From assembly GCA_027858835.1 (NCBI GenBank), contig JAQIBY010000143.1:4332-68331 (forward strand): a DNA stretch of 64,000 nt. The letters are read 5' to 3'. The notes under the pieces are model-generated. The model worked only from the letters and a program-made list of their open reading frames with translations. It was not told the DNA's origin and made no database searches. The position numbers and the translations under genes are program-made. Position 1 is the first letter of the stretch, and every line of letters begins with the position of its first letter. The DNA comes from Bacteroidales bacterium (GTDB taxonomy: Bacteria; Bacteroidota; Bacteroidia; Bacteroidales; ML635J-15). Positions 28,393 through 39,094 of this stretch are shown here, piece after piece.

Positions 28393-28423
28393 AAGCCCTG
28401 CGGTATCCGTAGGGCTTCTTTTG
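28393..28423 (+). terminator. Rho-independent terminator after secG
   Basis: AAGCCCTGCGG-TAT-CCGTAGGGCTT stem followed by CTTTTG. Confidence 0.7.
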
Positions 28424-28472
28424 TGAAAATACAGACTTTTTTCTTAGCTTTGGGGCTTCTTAGTAAAAAATT

Positions 28473-29258
28473 ATGGGCTTGACAATTCTTATAACAGGTG
28501 CAGGCGGGGGAATCGGACATGCTTTGTCTTTGGAATATGCAAAACCGGAGACTCATTTGATTCTCTGCGATTATGATGTAAAAAAACTGGAGCATACTGC
28601 TGAACTTTGTAAGCAATCAGGAGCAAGTACAGATATTTTGCAATTCGATCTGTCCATAGAAAGCCAAGTCAATGATGCAGCAAAAATAGTTTTAGCAAAA
28701 TACAAACAGATTGACCGCTTATTAATACTCGGAGGTGTTTCACAACGCGATAAAGCCATAGAAACCAAATTGGAGGTAGATCGCAAAATCATGGAAATTA
28801 ATTATTTTGGACATATCAATTTAACAAAACAGATTTTGCCCCTATTGCTGAAATCAAAGCAGCCGAGAATTGGGGTAACCTCAAGTATTTCCGGACGTTT
28901 TGGCTACCATTTACGCTCTGCTTATGCGGCATCAAAATTTGCATTACACGGTTTTTACGAATCGCTCCGACTTGAGCATTGGAAGGACAATTTAAGTGTC
29001 AGCATCATTTGTCCGGGAAGGATTAATACGCCAATTTCACTGTCTGCGCTTACAGCCGAAGGGAAAGCACATGGAGCAATGGATCCGGGACAAGCAGAAG
29101 GAATGTCGGCAGAAAAATGTGCAAAGAAAATGCGCAATGCAATTGAAAAAGGCAAAAAAGATGTACTCATTGGAAACAAAGAAATTCTCATGGTATATTT
29201 TAAAAAATATTTACCGTTCATTTTTTATAAAATAGCAAACAAAGTAAATCCTAAATAG
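28473..29258 (+). CDS. SDR family oxidoreductase
   Basis: TGAGGGIGHAL cofactor motif and YAASKFAL (YxxxK) catalytic motif. Confidence 0.85.
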   Translation: MGLTILITGAGGGIGHALSLEYAKPETHLILCDYDVKKLEHTAELCKQSGASTDILQFDLSIESQVNDAAKIVLAKYKQIDRLLILGGVSQRDKAIETKLEVDRKIMEINYFGHINLTKQILPLLLKSKQPRIGVTSSISGRFGYHLRSAYAASKFALHGFYESLRLEHWKDNLSVSIICPGRINTPISLSALTAEGKAHGAMDPGQAEGMSAEKCAKKMRNAIEKGKKDVLIGNKEILMVYFKKYLPFIFYKIANKVNPK

Positions 29259-29260
29259 TT

Positions 29261-30319
29261 ATGGCAAAAATCATTAGTGGAATACAACAGATTGGCGTGG
29301 GAGTACCGAATTTCAAAGAAGGCTGGAATTGGTATATTGAAAATTTCAATATGAATATCCGTGTTTTTGAAGAAAAAGCTGTTGCGGAATTAATGTTACC
29401 ATATACTCAGGGCGAAGCTCGTGAAAGACAGGCTTGTCTTGCCATTAACATGAATGGCGGTGGCGGTTTTGAAGTTTGGCAACATACCGGAAGAGAACCA
29501 CTTATGCCAAAAGAGCCCATTTTATTTGGAGACCTTGGGATTTCTGTCGCTATTTTGAAAACTCATGACATTAACGCAATGCATCAATCCTTTAAATCAA
29601 AAGGACTGAATGTACTTTCCGAGATTTGTCATAACCCCGGGGGAAAGAAGCATTTCTTTGTCAATGACTTGTATGGAAATTGCTTTGAATTTGTGCAAGA
29701 AGAGAATGTATTTCAGGAGAAAAATTTGAATGGAGGCGTTTTCGGTGCAGTGATTGGTGTAAACAGCATTGAAGAATCACTTCCTCTGTATCATGACATT
29801 CTAAAATACGATGAAATTATTTACGATCGTACCGGATGTTTTGACGATATTAAAAACATTCCTGGTGGAAATGAAGAAATGCGCCGTGTTTTATTAAGAC
29901 ACAGCAAACCAAGAAAAGGTGCATTTTCACCACTACTCGGCCCAACACAAATTGAACTTGTTGAAGTGAAATCCAGAAAACCTAAAGATATTTTTGAAGG
30001 ACGCATGTGGGGTGATCCTGGATTCATTCATTTATGTTTTGATATTCAGGGAATGGATGATTTGCGCGAAGAATGTAAAAATGCAGGATTCCCATTTACC
30101 GTGGATAGCGCGGATAGTTTCGACATGGGCGAAGCTGCAGGTCACTTCTCATACATTCAGGCACCTGAAGGAACATTGATTGAATTTGTGGAAACACATA
30201 AAGTGCCTGTAATGAAAAAATGGGGTTGGTATATCAATCTAAAAAAACGAAATCCTGAGAAATCCTTACCAACATGGATGCTGAAAGCATTAGGCATGAA
30301 TAAAGTAAAATCTGTTTAA
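29261..30319 (+). CDS. VOC (glyoxalase/dioxygenase-fold) family protein
   Basis: 352 aa with repeated beta-alpha-beta-beta-beta-like modules, starting IQQIGVGVPNFKEGWNWY and ending APEGTLIEFVE. The assignment is by general resemblance only. Confidence 0.45.
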   Translation: MAKIISGIQQIGVGVPNFKEGWNWYIENFNMNIRVFEEKAVAELMLPYTQGEARERQACLAINMNGGGGFEVWQHTGREPLMPKEPILFGDLGISVAILKTHDINAMHQSFKSKGLNVLSEICHNPGGKKHFFVNDLYGNCFEFVQEENVFQEKNLNGGVFGAVIGVNSIEESLPLYHDILKYDEIIYDRTGCFDDIKNIPGGNEEMRRVLLRHSKPRKGAFSPLLGPTQIELVEVKSRKPKDIFEGRMWGDPGFIHLCFDIQGMDDLREECKNAGFPFTVDSADSFDMGEAAGHFSYIQAPEGTLIEFVETHKVPVMKKWGWYINLKKRNPEKSLPTWMLKALGMNKVKSV

Positions 30320-30397
30320 ACTGAACGGAATTTCCTGATGCATAATTTTTCCGGACTTGATTTACCTTTTGGAATGAATACCTGAGTTTTAATTTTT

Positions 30398-30405
30398 TAA
30401 CTTTG
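30398..30405 (+). promoter_or_regulatory. TAnnTTTG -7 element candidate upstream of uvrB
   Basis: TAACTTTG ends 5 nt before the uvrB ATG, which would imply a near-leaderless mRNA. Confidence 0.25.
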
Positions 30406-30410
30406 TCTCA

Positions 30411-32426
30411 ATGAAAAAATTCAAACTGGTATCGGATTTTAAACCCACAGGCGATCAACCCGAGGCAATCCACCAACTTATGGATGGGATGGAATCCGGT
30501 CGGAGACATCAAACCTTATTAGGTGTTACCGGCTCAGGAAAAACATTTACCATTGCCAATATGATTGAAAAAATCAATCGTCCGGTTTTGGTGATGAGTC
30601 ATAACAAAACGCTTGCAGCTCAGCTATACAGTGAATTTACACAGTTTTTTCCAGACAATGCCGTTGAATATTTCGTATCATATTACGATTATTATCAACC
30701 CGAGGCATATTTACCCGTAACCGACACTTACATTGAAAAGGATTTATCCATAAACGACGAAATTGAAAAACTCAGGTTGAGTACGACATCTGCACTCTTG
30801 TCTGGTCGTCGTGATGTAATTGTTGTAAGCTCTGTTTCATGTATTTATGGAATCGGAAATCCTGAAGATTTTCATTCAAACACCATAAAAGTTAAGGTCG
30901 GACAGATTATTGACAGAAATCAATTTCTGCGTTTACTCGTTGATTCGTTGTACTTCCGGTCTGAAATTGATTTTAAACGTGGCAGTTTCCGAGTTACCGG
31001 CGATACGGTGGATATTTATCTCGCTTATCAGGATACTGCAATTCGTGTCGTTTTTTGGGATGATGAAATTGAAGAAATCCGCAGTTTTGATCCGGTTAAC
31101 GGAACATTGATGGAGCGCATGGATCAAGGAATTATTTATCCTGCAAATATTTTTGTAACCACGCAATATCGACGCAATCAGGCCATAGAGAATATTCAGC
31201 ATGACATGCACGCACAGGTTCAGTTTTTCAAAGATCAGGGGAAACCACTTGAAGCAAAACGTCTGGAAGAACGGGTAACATATGATTTGGAAATGATGAA
31301 GGAATTGGGACATTGCCCGGGAATTGAAAATTACTCCCGATATTTTGACGGCAGAAAATCAGGCTCCCGACCATTTTGTCTCATCGATTATTTCCCTGAA
31401 GATTTTATTACCATTGTGGATGAAAGTCATGTAACCATTCCTCAAATTCGTGCAATGTTCGGTGGAGATCGTTCAAGAAAAGAGAATCTCGTAAAATACG
31501 GATTCCGCTTACCTGCCGCAATGGACAACCGCCCCTTAAAATTTGAAGAGTTTGAAGGCTTGATGAATCAAGTAGTCCATGTATCGGCAACTCCGGCAGA
31601 CTATGAATTGGAGCATTCTGAAGGAATTGTAGTGGAGCAAGTTATCCGGCCAACGGGAATTTTGGATCCACCAATAGAAATCCGCTCGTCAAATGGACAA
31701 ATTGATGATTTATTGAATGAAATTCGAATTCGCATTACCCGAAAAGAGCGAGTACTTGTTACAACGCTGACAAAGCGCATGGCGGAAGAGTTAACCAAAT
31801 ACCTTGTCAGGATACAGGTTAAAACCCGCTATATCCATTCTGATGTGGATACAATGGAGCGAATTGAAATCATGGAACAATTGCGTGGCGGAGCAATTGA
31901 TGTGCTTGTTGGCGTTAATTTGCTACGTGAGGGGCTGGATTTACCGGAAGTTAGCTTGGTAGCAATTATTGATGCCGATAAAGAAGGCTTTTTACGATCT
32001 GAACGAAGTTTGACTCAAACCGCAGGTCGTGCGGCCAGAAATATTAATGGTTTGGTTATTATGTACGCCGATAAAATTACCGGCTCCATGCAACGTACGA
32101 TTGATGAAACAAACCGTCGTCGTGAGAAACAAATTGCATACAATAAAGCGCATAATCTCAGTCCGCAGCAAATTGTAAAAGCCAATAAATCCATGATGGG
32201 TGAGCATCATAAACCCGGAAAAATCTATCAGGATCCGAGTGAGCGTGAATTTGATATTGCTGCTGATCCGGTTGTAAGATATATGAATAAGGAAGCCATT
32301 TTACAGAGCATTAGTAAAGTGAAAAAAGAAATGGAGGCTTCTGCTAAAAAACTTGATTTTATTGAAGCTGCCCGTAAACGTGATGAAATGTTTGCTTTGG
32401 AAAAACTTTTGAAACAAAAAGTTTAA
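30411..32426 (+). CDS. uvrB: Excinuclease ABC subunit B
   Basis: 671 aa. GVTGSGKTF Walker A, YYDYYQPEAY, helicase motifs and a C-terminal UVR domain (FIEAARKRDEMFALEKLL). Confidence 0.95.
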   Translation: MKKFKLVSDFKPTGDQPEAIHQLMDGMESGRRHQTLLGVTGSGKTFTIANMIEKINRPVLVMSHNKTLAAQLYSEFTQFFPDNAVEYFVSYYDYYQPEAYLPVTDTYIEKDLSINDEIEKLRLSTTSALLSGRRDVIVVSSVSCIYGIGNPEDFHSNTIKVKVGQIIDRNQFLRLLVDSLYFRSEIDFKRGSFRVTGDTVDIYLAYQDTAIRVVFWDDEIEEIRSFDPVNGTLMERMDQGIIYPANIFVTTQYRRNQAIENIQHDMHAQVQFFKDQGKPLEAKRLEERVTYDLEMMKELGHCPGIENYSRYFDGRKSGSRPFCLIDYFPEDFITIVDESHVTIPQIRAMFGGDRSRKENLVKYGFRLPAAMDNRPLKFEEFEGLMNQVVHVSATPADYELEHSEGIVVEQVIRPTGILDPPIEIRSSNGQIDDLLNEIRIRITRKERVLVTTLTKRMAEELTKYLVRIQVKTRYIHSDVDTMERIEIMEQLRGGAIDVLVGVNLLREGLDLPEVSLVAIIDADKEGFLRSERSLTQTAGRAARNINGLVIMYADKITGSMQRTIDETNRRREKQIAYNKAHNLSPQQIVKANKSMMGEHHKPGKIYQDPSEREFDIAADPVVRYMNKEAILQSISKVKKEMEASAKKLDFIEAARKRDEMFALEKLLKQKV

Positions 32427-32450
32427 TACAATAATCTTTTAAAACGATAT

Positions 32451-32828
32451 GTGATGAATATTGAAGATTTCAGATTATACTGCCTTTCAAAACCAGGTGT
32501 TACTGAGGGATTTCCCTTCGATGAGACAACATTAGTTTTTAAACTTATGGGAAAAATGTTTGCCCTTACAGATACGGAAGATGATTTTGCAATTGCGCTG
32601 AAATGCGATCCCGAGCGAGCCATTGAGCTAAGAGAAAAGTATCCCGCGGTAAAGCCCGGCTTTCACATGAATAAAATACATTGGAATACCATCACAGTGG
32701 ACGGCAGCATGAATAATCAATTTTTAATTGAGCTTACCGATCATTCGTACGATTTAATAAAATCAGGATTAACGAAAAAGTTAAAAGCAGAACTGCAGCA
32801 GCTAGAAAAACAGATGAATAAAAACTGA
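32451..32828 (+). CDS. MmcQ/YjbR family DNA-binding protein
   Basis: FRLYCLSKPGVTEGFPFDETTLVFKLMGKMFAL is typical of the YjbR family. Confidence 0.7.
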   Translation: MMNIEDFRLYCLSKPGVTEGFPFDETTLVFKLMGKMFALTDTEDDFAIALKCDPERAIELREKYPAVKPGFHMNKIHWNTITVDGSMNNQFLIELTDHSYDLIKSGLTKKLKAELQQLEKQMNKN

Positions 32829-32990
32829 CTTGAAAATAATTTCAAGGACAATCGCTTTTTGCAATTTTGAATATATAGAACATTGAAATCAAAACCACTC
32901 AAAAATCTGTATGAAAAATATATTATTCCCCCAAAAACATGCTATCTTGCAACACAATTTTGTTGATAATCAACCATAAACTAATAAGAT

Positions 32991-33581
32991 ATGAAAGAAA
33001 TAATTTTCTTAACTATTTTGATAAGCATTTTCTCTTGTTCAAGTAAGGACAACAGTACAAGTAAAACCGACAATGAAAAAAATGAAATAACGGTTAAAAA
33101 AATAACAAATGCTGATTTTGAGGAATTTTTAAATTATCTGGATTTTATTGAGTTCCCATACCAAACAGCGTGCTTTAGCAATTACGAAATTAATAACTCA
33201 ATAGACGAAGAACTGATTTTAAAATTTGCTGATAATAAGCTTGAATATCCTTATAAAAGAATTTATACGCCCCGAGATTTTGAGATCGTTTTGTTTTTGA
33301 GCACTGCAGATATATTGATACCAACAATTCGAACATACAAACTAAATGGAGAAATTATTGATTCTGAACAAATGTTTTTTGGTTATTGTGGAGGAGAACC
33401 TGGATATTACCACACCGAATATATTCAAATAAAATCTGACAAATTGATTACTCATAGTGATTCAACCTGGACAAATGAAGTCGATGAGGATTTCAATGAT
33501 ATTCCAAACACTAAGAAACTTAAATATGACACATATGATTTCATAATTAATGATGAAGGAATAATATCTAAAAAAGAATAA
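32991..33581 (+). CDS. Hypothetical lipoprotein
   Basis: 196 aa. Signal peptide with lipobox-like ISIFSCSS. No family recognised. Confidence 0.5.
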   Translation: MKEIIFLTILISIFSCSSKDNSTSKTDNEKNEITVKKITNADFEEFLNYLDFIEFPYQTACFSNYEINNSIDEELILKFADNKLEYPYKRIYTPRDFEIVLFLSTADILIPTIRTYKLNGEIIDSEQMFFGYCGGEPGYYHTEYIQIKSDKLITHSDSTWTNEVDEDFNDIPNTKKLKYDTYDFIINDEGIISKKE

Positions 33582-33951
33582 CAAGCAGCACAATATTAGA
33601 TATAACTAGCGCCTGCATGAAAAGTCCTTAATTTTCATTTTTGATAAAACACACCAAAGACAAACATTGAAAGAAGCAAAAGCAGACGCACAGTGTGTTT
33701 TATGAATAATTTATTCTTCCTTATTATACAATTGTGTTTCAAAATGCACTGCGGCACCAAGCCAACCACAGCTGTATAAATAGCCCATAATTCAATAAAC
33801 AATCCCCAGAATCACCTGTTATAGTAATTGTGATAATTAGAAAAGTTGCTGCTCATTGATAATTTCAACCGGTTTGTTTTACATTGACATCCATCAAAAA
33901 CCCTCAAAAATTATCATGACATTTATTATTGCTTCTTTTGCTGATTAATCG

Positions 33952-33959
33952 TAATTTTG
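33952..33959 (+). promoter_or_regulatory. TAnnTTTG -7 element candidate upstream of sufB
   Basis: TAATTTTG lies 33 nt upstream of the sufB ATG. Confidence 0.3.
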
Positions 33960-33992
33960 CAAACAGTTTAGAATTCATCTAAATAAAACACT

Positions 33993-35447
33993 ATGGGTAA
34001 AGAAGAACAACAAAATAAAGTCCTGCAGGAAGTAACCAAAAACGAATATAAGTACGGGTTTTCTACGGAAATGGAGCAGGACAGCATTGCCAAAGGACTC
34101 AGTGAAGACGTGGTGAGAATGATTTCTGCTAAAAAAAATGAGCCCGAATGGATGCTGGACTTTAGATTGAAAGCTTATCGAAAATGGCTTACAATGAAAA
34201 TGCCCGAATGGGCGCACCTGAAAATCCCGAAAATTGATTATCAAGACATCATTTTTTATTCTGCACCAAAGAAAAAACTACAACTCGACTCCCTCGATGA
34301 TATCGATCCGGACATCCGAAAAACCTTTGATAAATTGGGAATTCCGCTGGACGAGCAAAAACAACTTTCCGGCGTAGCAGTGGATGCTGTAATGGATTCT
34401 GTCTCGGTGAAAACCACATTTCAGGAAAGCCTTGCCGAGAAAGGCATTATCTTTTGCGCATTTTCTGAGGCAGTGCAAAAACACCCTGATTTGGTAAAAA
34501 AATACATGGGATCTGTCGTTCCTTACGGAGATAATTATTTTGCAGCATTGAACTCTGCAGTCTTTAGTGATGGGTCATTTTGTTATATCCCGAAAGGCGT
34601 GCGTTCCCCAATGGAGTTGTCAACTTATTTTCGCATTAATGCCGCAAATACCGGACAGTTTGAGCGCACACTTATTGTAGCTGAAGAAGGATCTTTTGTG
34701 AGTTATCTCGAAGGATGTACGGCTCCGCAACGCGATGAGAATCAACTGCATGCAGCAATCGTTGAGATTGTGATTGAAAAAGATGCGGAAGTCAAATACT
34801 CAACAGTTCAAAACTGGTATCCGGGGGATAAAAACGGAAAAGGCGGAATATATAATTTCGTAACAAAACGTGGAATTTGCAAAGGAGACAACTCAAAACT
34901 CAGTTGGGCACAGGTTGAAACCGGATCGGCAATAACCTGGAAATATCCAAGCACGATTTTATTGGGAAACCACTCAGTTTCTGAGTTTTATTCTGTTGCT
35001 GTGACAAATAATTACCAACAAGCAGATACCGGCTCAAAAATGATACATCTCGGCAAAAACACCCGAAGTACCATTATTTCCAAAGGAATTTCTGCCGGAT
35101 TTAGCGAAAACTCCTATCGGGGATTGGTGAAAGTTGCAAAAAATGCCGATAATGCCAGAAATTTCTCGCAATGCGATTCCCTTTTGCTTGGCGATAAATG
35201 CGGAGCGCATACTTTCCCCTATATTCAGGCTGATAACAATTCCGCAATATTGGAACACGAGGCTACCACATCAAAAATCAGTGAAGACCAGATTTTTTAT
35301 TGCAAACAACGCGGAATTTCCGAAGAAGATGCCATTGGTCTGATTGTCAACGGATATACCAAAGAGGTGATTAATAAATTACCGATGGAATTTGCGGTTG
35401 AGGCACAAAAATTATTGCAAATAACCCTTGAAGGCTCAGTCGGATAA
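33993..35447 (+). CDS. sufB: Fe-S cluster assembly protein SufB
   Basis: 484 aa. EYKYGF, the beta-helix core and the [26 protein letters not shown]-terminus are typical of SufB. Confidence 0.93.
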   Translation: MGKEEQQNKVLQEVTKNEYKYGFSTEMEQDSIAKGLSEDVVRMISAKKNEPEWMLDFRLKAYRKWLTMKMPEWAHLKIPKIDYQDIIFYSAPKKKLQLDSLDDIDPDIRKTFDKLGIPLDEQKQLSGVAVDAVMDSVSVKTTFQESLAEKGIIFCAFSEAVQKHPDLVKKYMGSVVPYGDNYFAALNSAVFSDGSFCYIPKGVRSPMELSTYFRINAANTGQFERTLIVAEEGSFVSYLEGCTAPQRDENQLHAAIVEIVIEKDAEVKYSTVQNWYPGDKNGKGGIYNFVTKRGICKGDNSKLSWAQVETGSAITWKYPSTILLGNHSVSEFYSVAVTNNYQQADTGSKMIHLGKNTRSTIISKGISAGFSENSYRGLVKVAKNADNARNFSQCDSLLLGDKCGAHTFPYIQADNNSAILEHEATTSKISEDQIFYCKQRGISEEDAIGLIVNGYTKEVINKLPMEFAVEAQKLLQITLEGSVG

Positions 35448-35448
35448 A

Positions 35449-36024
35449 ATGGTGCAGAAAAACACATATCAGGAATTGAAAACCTTTTTTGTTGAAGGGC
35501 AATTTTGCACGCAGGATATTGTCGAGATGACAGAAAATCCTGAGCTTATTCCTGATTTGATGAAATTGGCATTATCAAACGATGAACCTGCAGGTTGGAG
35601 AGCTGCATGGGCATTGTCGCATGCAATGAAGCATTCCATTAATCTGTTGATTCCGTATCTTCCGGAGATTGCAGATGCCTTACCGGAAATCCGTAAAGAC
35701 GGACACATCAGGGAACTGCTGAAATTTTTCAGAGATGTAAAATTGGAGCAAATCCCGGAAAGCCTTCACGGACAATTGTTCGATTATTGTTTTACACTTT
35801 TTGAAAACAATAATGTACAACCTGGAACGCGAAGTAATGCCTTACAGATTTTATTAAAAATTGCGGAAAAAGAACCCCTCTTAATTGGAGAAATTAAAGC
35901 CGCTTTTGAAATGATTAGCCCTTTCCTGAGTAAAGGAATTCGGTACTCATGTCAACGGCGAATTAATGAAATATCACTACAAACAATTAATACCCATAAA
36001 ACGAGATACAATGTTGAAAATTAA
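35449..36024 (+). CDS. Hypothetical helical-repeat (HEAT/ARM-like) protein inserted between sufB and sufC
   Basis: The ATG at 35449 lies 2 nt after the sufB stop and the ORF overlaps the sufC start by 14 nt. The sequence is helix-rich (PELIPDLMKLALSNDEPAGWRAAWALSH...). No family recognised. Confidence 0.45.
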   Translation: MVQKNTYQELKTFFVEGQFCTQDIVEMTENPELIPDLMKLALSNDEPAGWRAAWALSHAMKHSINLLIPYLPEIADALPEIRKDGHIRELLKFFRDVKLEQIPESLHGQLFDYCFTLFENNNVQPGTRSNALQILLKIAEKEPLLIGEIKAAFEMISPFLSKGIRYSCQRRINEISLQTINTHKTRYNVEN

Positions 36025-36760
36025 TAATTTACACGCAGAAATTGAAGGTAAGAAAATCCTTAACGGAATCAATCTCGAAGTGAAACCCGGAGAAACCCAC
36101 GCAATTATGGGTCCCAACGGTTCCGGAAAATCAACCTTAGCATCGGTACTTGCCGGTCGTGATGTATTTAATGTCACCAAGGGAGATGTGACTTTCCTCG
36201 GAAGAAACTTGCTGGAAATGGAACCGGAAGACAGAGCACGCGAAGGGCTTTTTCTCAGTTTCCAATACCCGGTAGAAATTCCCGGAGTAAGTATGATGAG
36301 TTTCATGCGTACTGCCGTGAATCAAGTCAGAGAGCATCGTGGGCTCGAGGTCTTGTCGTCTGCTGCTTTTCTGAAATTTATGCGGGAACGTAAAGAATTG
36401 GTTGAAATTGATTCAAAATTAACGAATCGTTCTGTCAACGAAGGTTTTTCGGGAGGAGAAAAGAAGAAAAACGAAATTTTTCAGATGGCCATGCTGGAAC
36501 CTAGACTTTCGATTTTGGATGAAACCGATTCAGGGCTGGATATCGATGCCTTGCGTATCGTTGCCAATGGCGTTAATGCATTAAAAACATCTGAAACATC
36601 AAATATTGTAATTACCCATTATCAGCGACTGCTTGATTTTATTGTGCCGGACTTTGTACATGTCTTGTACGAAGGTCAAATTGTGAAATCTGGAGGCCGT
36701 GAATTAGCCCTTCAACTCGAAGAAAAAGGCTATGATTGGATTAAAAATGAACTTGCCTAA
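36011..36760 (+). CDS. sufC: Fe-S cluster assembly ATPase SufC
   Basis: Start at MLKINNLHAEIEGKKIL. GPNGSGKST, FSGGEKKKNEI and ILDETDSGLD motifs. Confidence 0.93.
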   Translation: MLKINNLHAEIEGKKILNGINLEVKPGETHAIMGPNGSGKSTLASVLAGRDVFNVTKGDVTFLGRNLLEMEPEDRAREGLFLSFQYPVEIPGVSMMSFMRTAVNQVREHRGLEVLSSAAFLKFMRERKELVEIDSKLTNRSVNEGFSGGEKKKNEIFQMAMLEPRLSILDETDSGLDIDALRIVANGVNALKTSETSNIVITHYQRLLDFIVPDFVHVLYEGQIVKSGGRELALQLEEKGYDWIKNELA

Positions 36761-36771
36761 AGCAAATCATT

Positions 36772-38115
36772 ATGCAAATAGAAAATTATTTAAAAACATA
36801 TCAATCCATACTCGATGCTTCTAATGGAAGTATCCCTGATTTCATCCGTAAAGAAAGGGATGCAGCGAAAGAAGAAATTATCGAAAACGGATTACCCGAC
36901 AGAGCGGATGAGCGATATCGCTATCTCGATTTAAAACCGGTTTTTGATGATACCGAATATAAGCGAATCACCTCTGAACCTGCTGTGACCGATTCATTGG
37001 GCTCATTTTTTCAGTGTGAGGTGCAAGGCATGGATACTGATTTAATTTTATTGTCAAACGGTTGGTATCATGAATCTACATTGCCAAAAGACAGTAAAGT
37101 TGTGGTTTGTAGCATGCGGGAAGCTTTTCATAAACATCCTGAATTAGTGCAGAAGCACTTTAATCAATATCTCAAAAAAGCAAAAGACGGCTGGACAGAA
37201 TTGAACACCATGCTTGCCCAAGACGGCGTATTTATTTATGTTCCAGATAATTATATTACCGAAAAAGCCATTCAAATCGTGAATTTAACACACGGTTTCA
37301 GTGAAAAAGAAATTTTTCAACGGAATTTGATTGTCATCGGGAAAAATGCAAAACTACAACTCTTAATTTGTGATCATACCTTAAACAAGGCGAAAAATGT
37401 CAATCATCTTGGGACAGAGGTGTTTATAGATGAAAATGCAGATTTCCAAATGTACGACTTACAGAATGAACCTGACATTTCGAATGTGTTTTCACATCTT
37501 GCTTTTCATCAGGAAGCTTATTCCAGATTAACATCTCTTGCTTTCAGCTTACATGGCGGAACTATTCGCAATAATCTTTATGTGACCATGAACGGACAGG
37601 GCGCAGAAAGCAATGTATATGGTTTGGTTCTGTCTGACAGGCAGCAGCGAATGGATAATTTTACATTTATCGATCATGCGGTGCCAAATTGTGTCAGCAA
37701 TGAGTTTTACAAAGGCATTTTGGATGAACAGTCTCGTGGAGCGTTTAGCGGTCGCATCTTAGTGCGAAAAGACGCGCAAAATACCAATGCATTCCAGACA
37801 AATAACAATATTTGTTTAACCGATGAAGCCAAAATACGAACCAAACCACAATTGGAGATTTATGCTGACGACGTAAAATGTTCGCATGGTGCTACGGTGG
37901 GACAATTGGATGAAGAAGCAATGTTTTATTTACGTACTCGCGGCATTGATAAGCACGAAGCTCGTTTTATGATGCTGTTTGCTTTTGCCAATGACATTGT
38001 TCGGAAAATTGAAATTGAACCACTCCGGGAACGCGTTGCAGACTTGGTTTCAAAACGCCTTCGAGGCGAATTAGTTGCCTGTGAGCACTGTTTGCTGAAT
38101 TGTGAAAGTAATTAG
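36772..38115 (+). CDS. sufD: Fe-S cluster assembly protein SufD
   Basis: 447 aa. KPQLEIYADDVKCSHGATVGQLDEEAMFYLRTRGI is the conserved SufD C-terminal block. Confidence 0.9.
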   Translation: MQIENYLKTYQSILDASNGSIPDFIRKERDAAKEEIIENGLPDRADERYRYLDLKPVFDDTEYKRITSEPAVTDSLGSFFQCEVQGMDTDLILLSNGWYHESTLPKDSKVVVCSMREAFHKHPELVQKHFNQYLKKAKDGWTELNTMLAQDGVFIYVPDNYITEKAIQIVNLTHGFSEKEIFQRNLIVIGKNAKLQLLICDHTLNKAKNVNHLGTEVFIDENADFQMYDLQNEPDISNVFSHLAFHQEAYSRLTSLAFSLHGGTIRNNLYVTMNGQGAESNVYGLVLSDRQQRMDNFTFIDHAVPNCVSNEFYKGILDEQSRGAFSGRILVRKDAQNTNAFQTNNNICLTDEAKIRTKPQLEIYADDVKCSHGATVGQLDEEAMFYLRTRGIDKHEARFMMLFAFANDIVRKIEIEPLRERVADLVSKRLRGELVACEHCLLNCESN

Positions 38116-38159
38116 TTATAAGCAGCTTAAATACTGCAGAGTGAAGTTGTGATTTATGT

Positions 38160-38660
38160 ATTCAATCTCTTTGCGTAATAATTAAAAAAGCTATACCGCA
38201 GAGAACCGCTAAGAAGGCGCAGAGGACCGCTAAGGAAAATAATAGCTCTATACTGGAAAAATCTTTGCGAAACTTTGCTCCTTTGCGAAACTTTGCGGTA
38301 CAATTTAAAAATGCTGTACCGCAGAGAACCGCCAAGAAGTCGCAGAGGACCGCTAAGGAAAATGATAGCACTATACTGGAAAATCCTTTGCGTAACTTTG
38401 CTCTTTTGCGAAACTTTGCGGTACAATTTAAAAATGCTGTACCGCAGAGAACCGCTAAGAAGTCGCAGAGGACCGCTAAGGAAAATAATAGCTCTATACT
38501 GGAAAAATCTTAGCGAAACTTTGCTCCTTTGCGAAACTTTGCGGTACAATTTAAAAATGCTATACCGCAGAGAACCGCTAAGTAGTCGCAGAGGAAAACA
38601 ATAGCATCTATGTAATGAACTTTTTCGTAACTTTACTCTTACGAGCCTTTGCTTACAACA
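38160..38660 (+). repeat. 123-bp-period tandem hairpin repeat array, left block (3 full and 2 degenerate units)
   Basis: Units start at 38190, 38313, 38436 and 38559, exactly 123 bp apart. Each junction carries CTTTGCGGTACA-N12-TGTACCGCAGAG. Confidence 0.9.
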
Positions 38661-38690
38661 AAAAACCGTTAAGAATTAAAAGATAGCCTT

Positions 38691-39068
38691 ATGAACGAAA
38701 ATGAATTATCAAAAATTATTATCGGATGTGCAATAGACGTACATAAACAATTAGGTCCTGGACTTCTCGAATCTGCATATCAGGAATGCTTAGCTTATGA
38801 ATTAAAGGAACATGGGCTTTATGTTAGAAAAGAAGTTGGTATGCCTATAATCTATAAAGAAGTAAAACTTGACCATGGTTATCGGATAGACTTACTCGTT
38901 GAAAATAAAGTTGTAATTGAGACAAAGTGTGTTGAGTACATAACCGATGTTCATGAAGCACAGTTGTTAACCTATTTAAAATTAGGAGATTACAGGCTAG
39001 GCTTGATACTGAATTTTCATGTTAATACATTAACCAAAGGTATTAGGCGTATGGTAAATAATTTATAA
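38691..39068 (+). CDS. GxxExxY protein (PD-(D/E)XK-like, TIGR04256/PF13366-type)
   Basis: 125 aa. GPGLLESAYQECLAYEL contains the GxxExxY motif. RIDLLVENKVVIETK resembles a D...(E)xK nuclease core. Size is typical of the family. Confidence 0.75.
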   Translation: MNENELSKIIIGCAIDVHKQLGPGLLESAYQECLAYELKEHGLYVRKEVGMPIIYKEVKLDHGYRIDLLVENKVVIETKCVEYITDVHEAQLLTYLKLGDYRLGLILNFHVNTLTKGIRRMVNNL

Positions 39069-39094
39069 TTAAGCATCGCGTCACAACTATAAAA

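Noticed and set aside
28029-28616. 195-aa minus-strand ORF
   Set aside because: It lies antisense to well-supported secG and the SDR gene start and spans a terminator. Its composition is Cys/Ser-rich nonsense.
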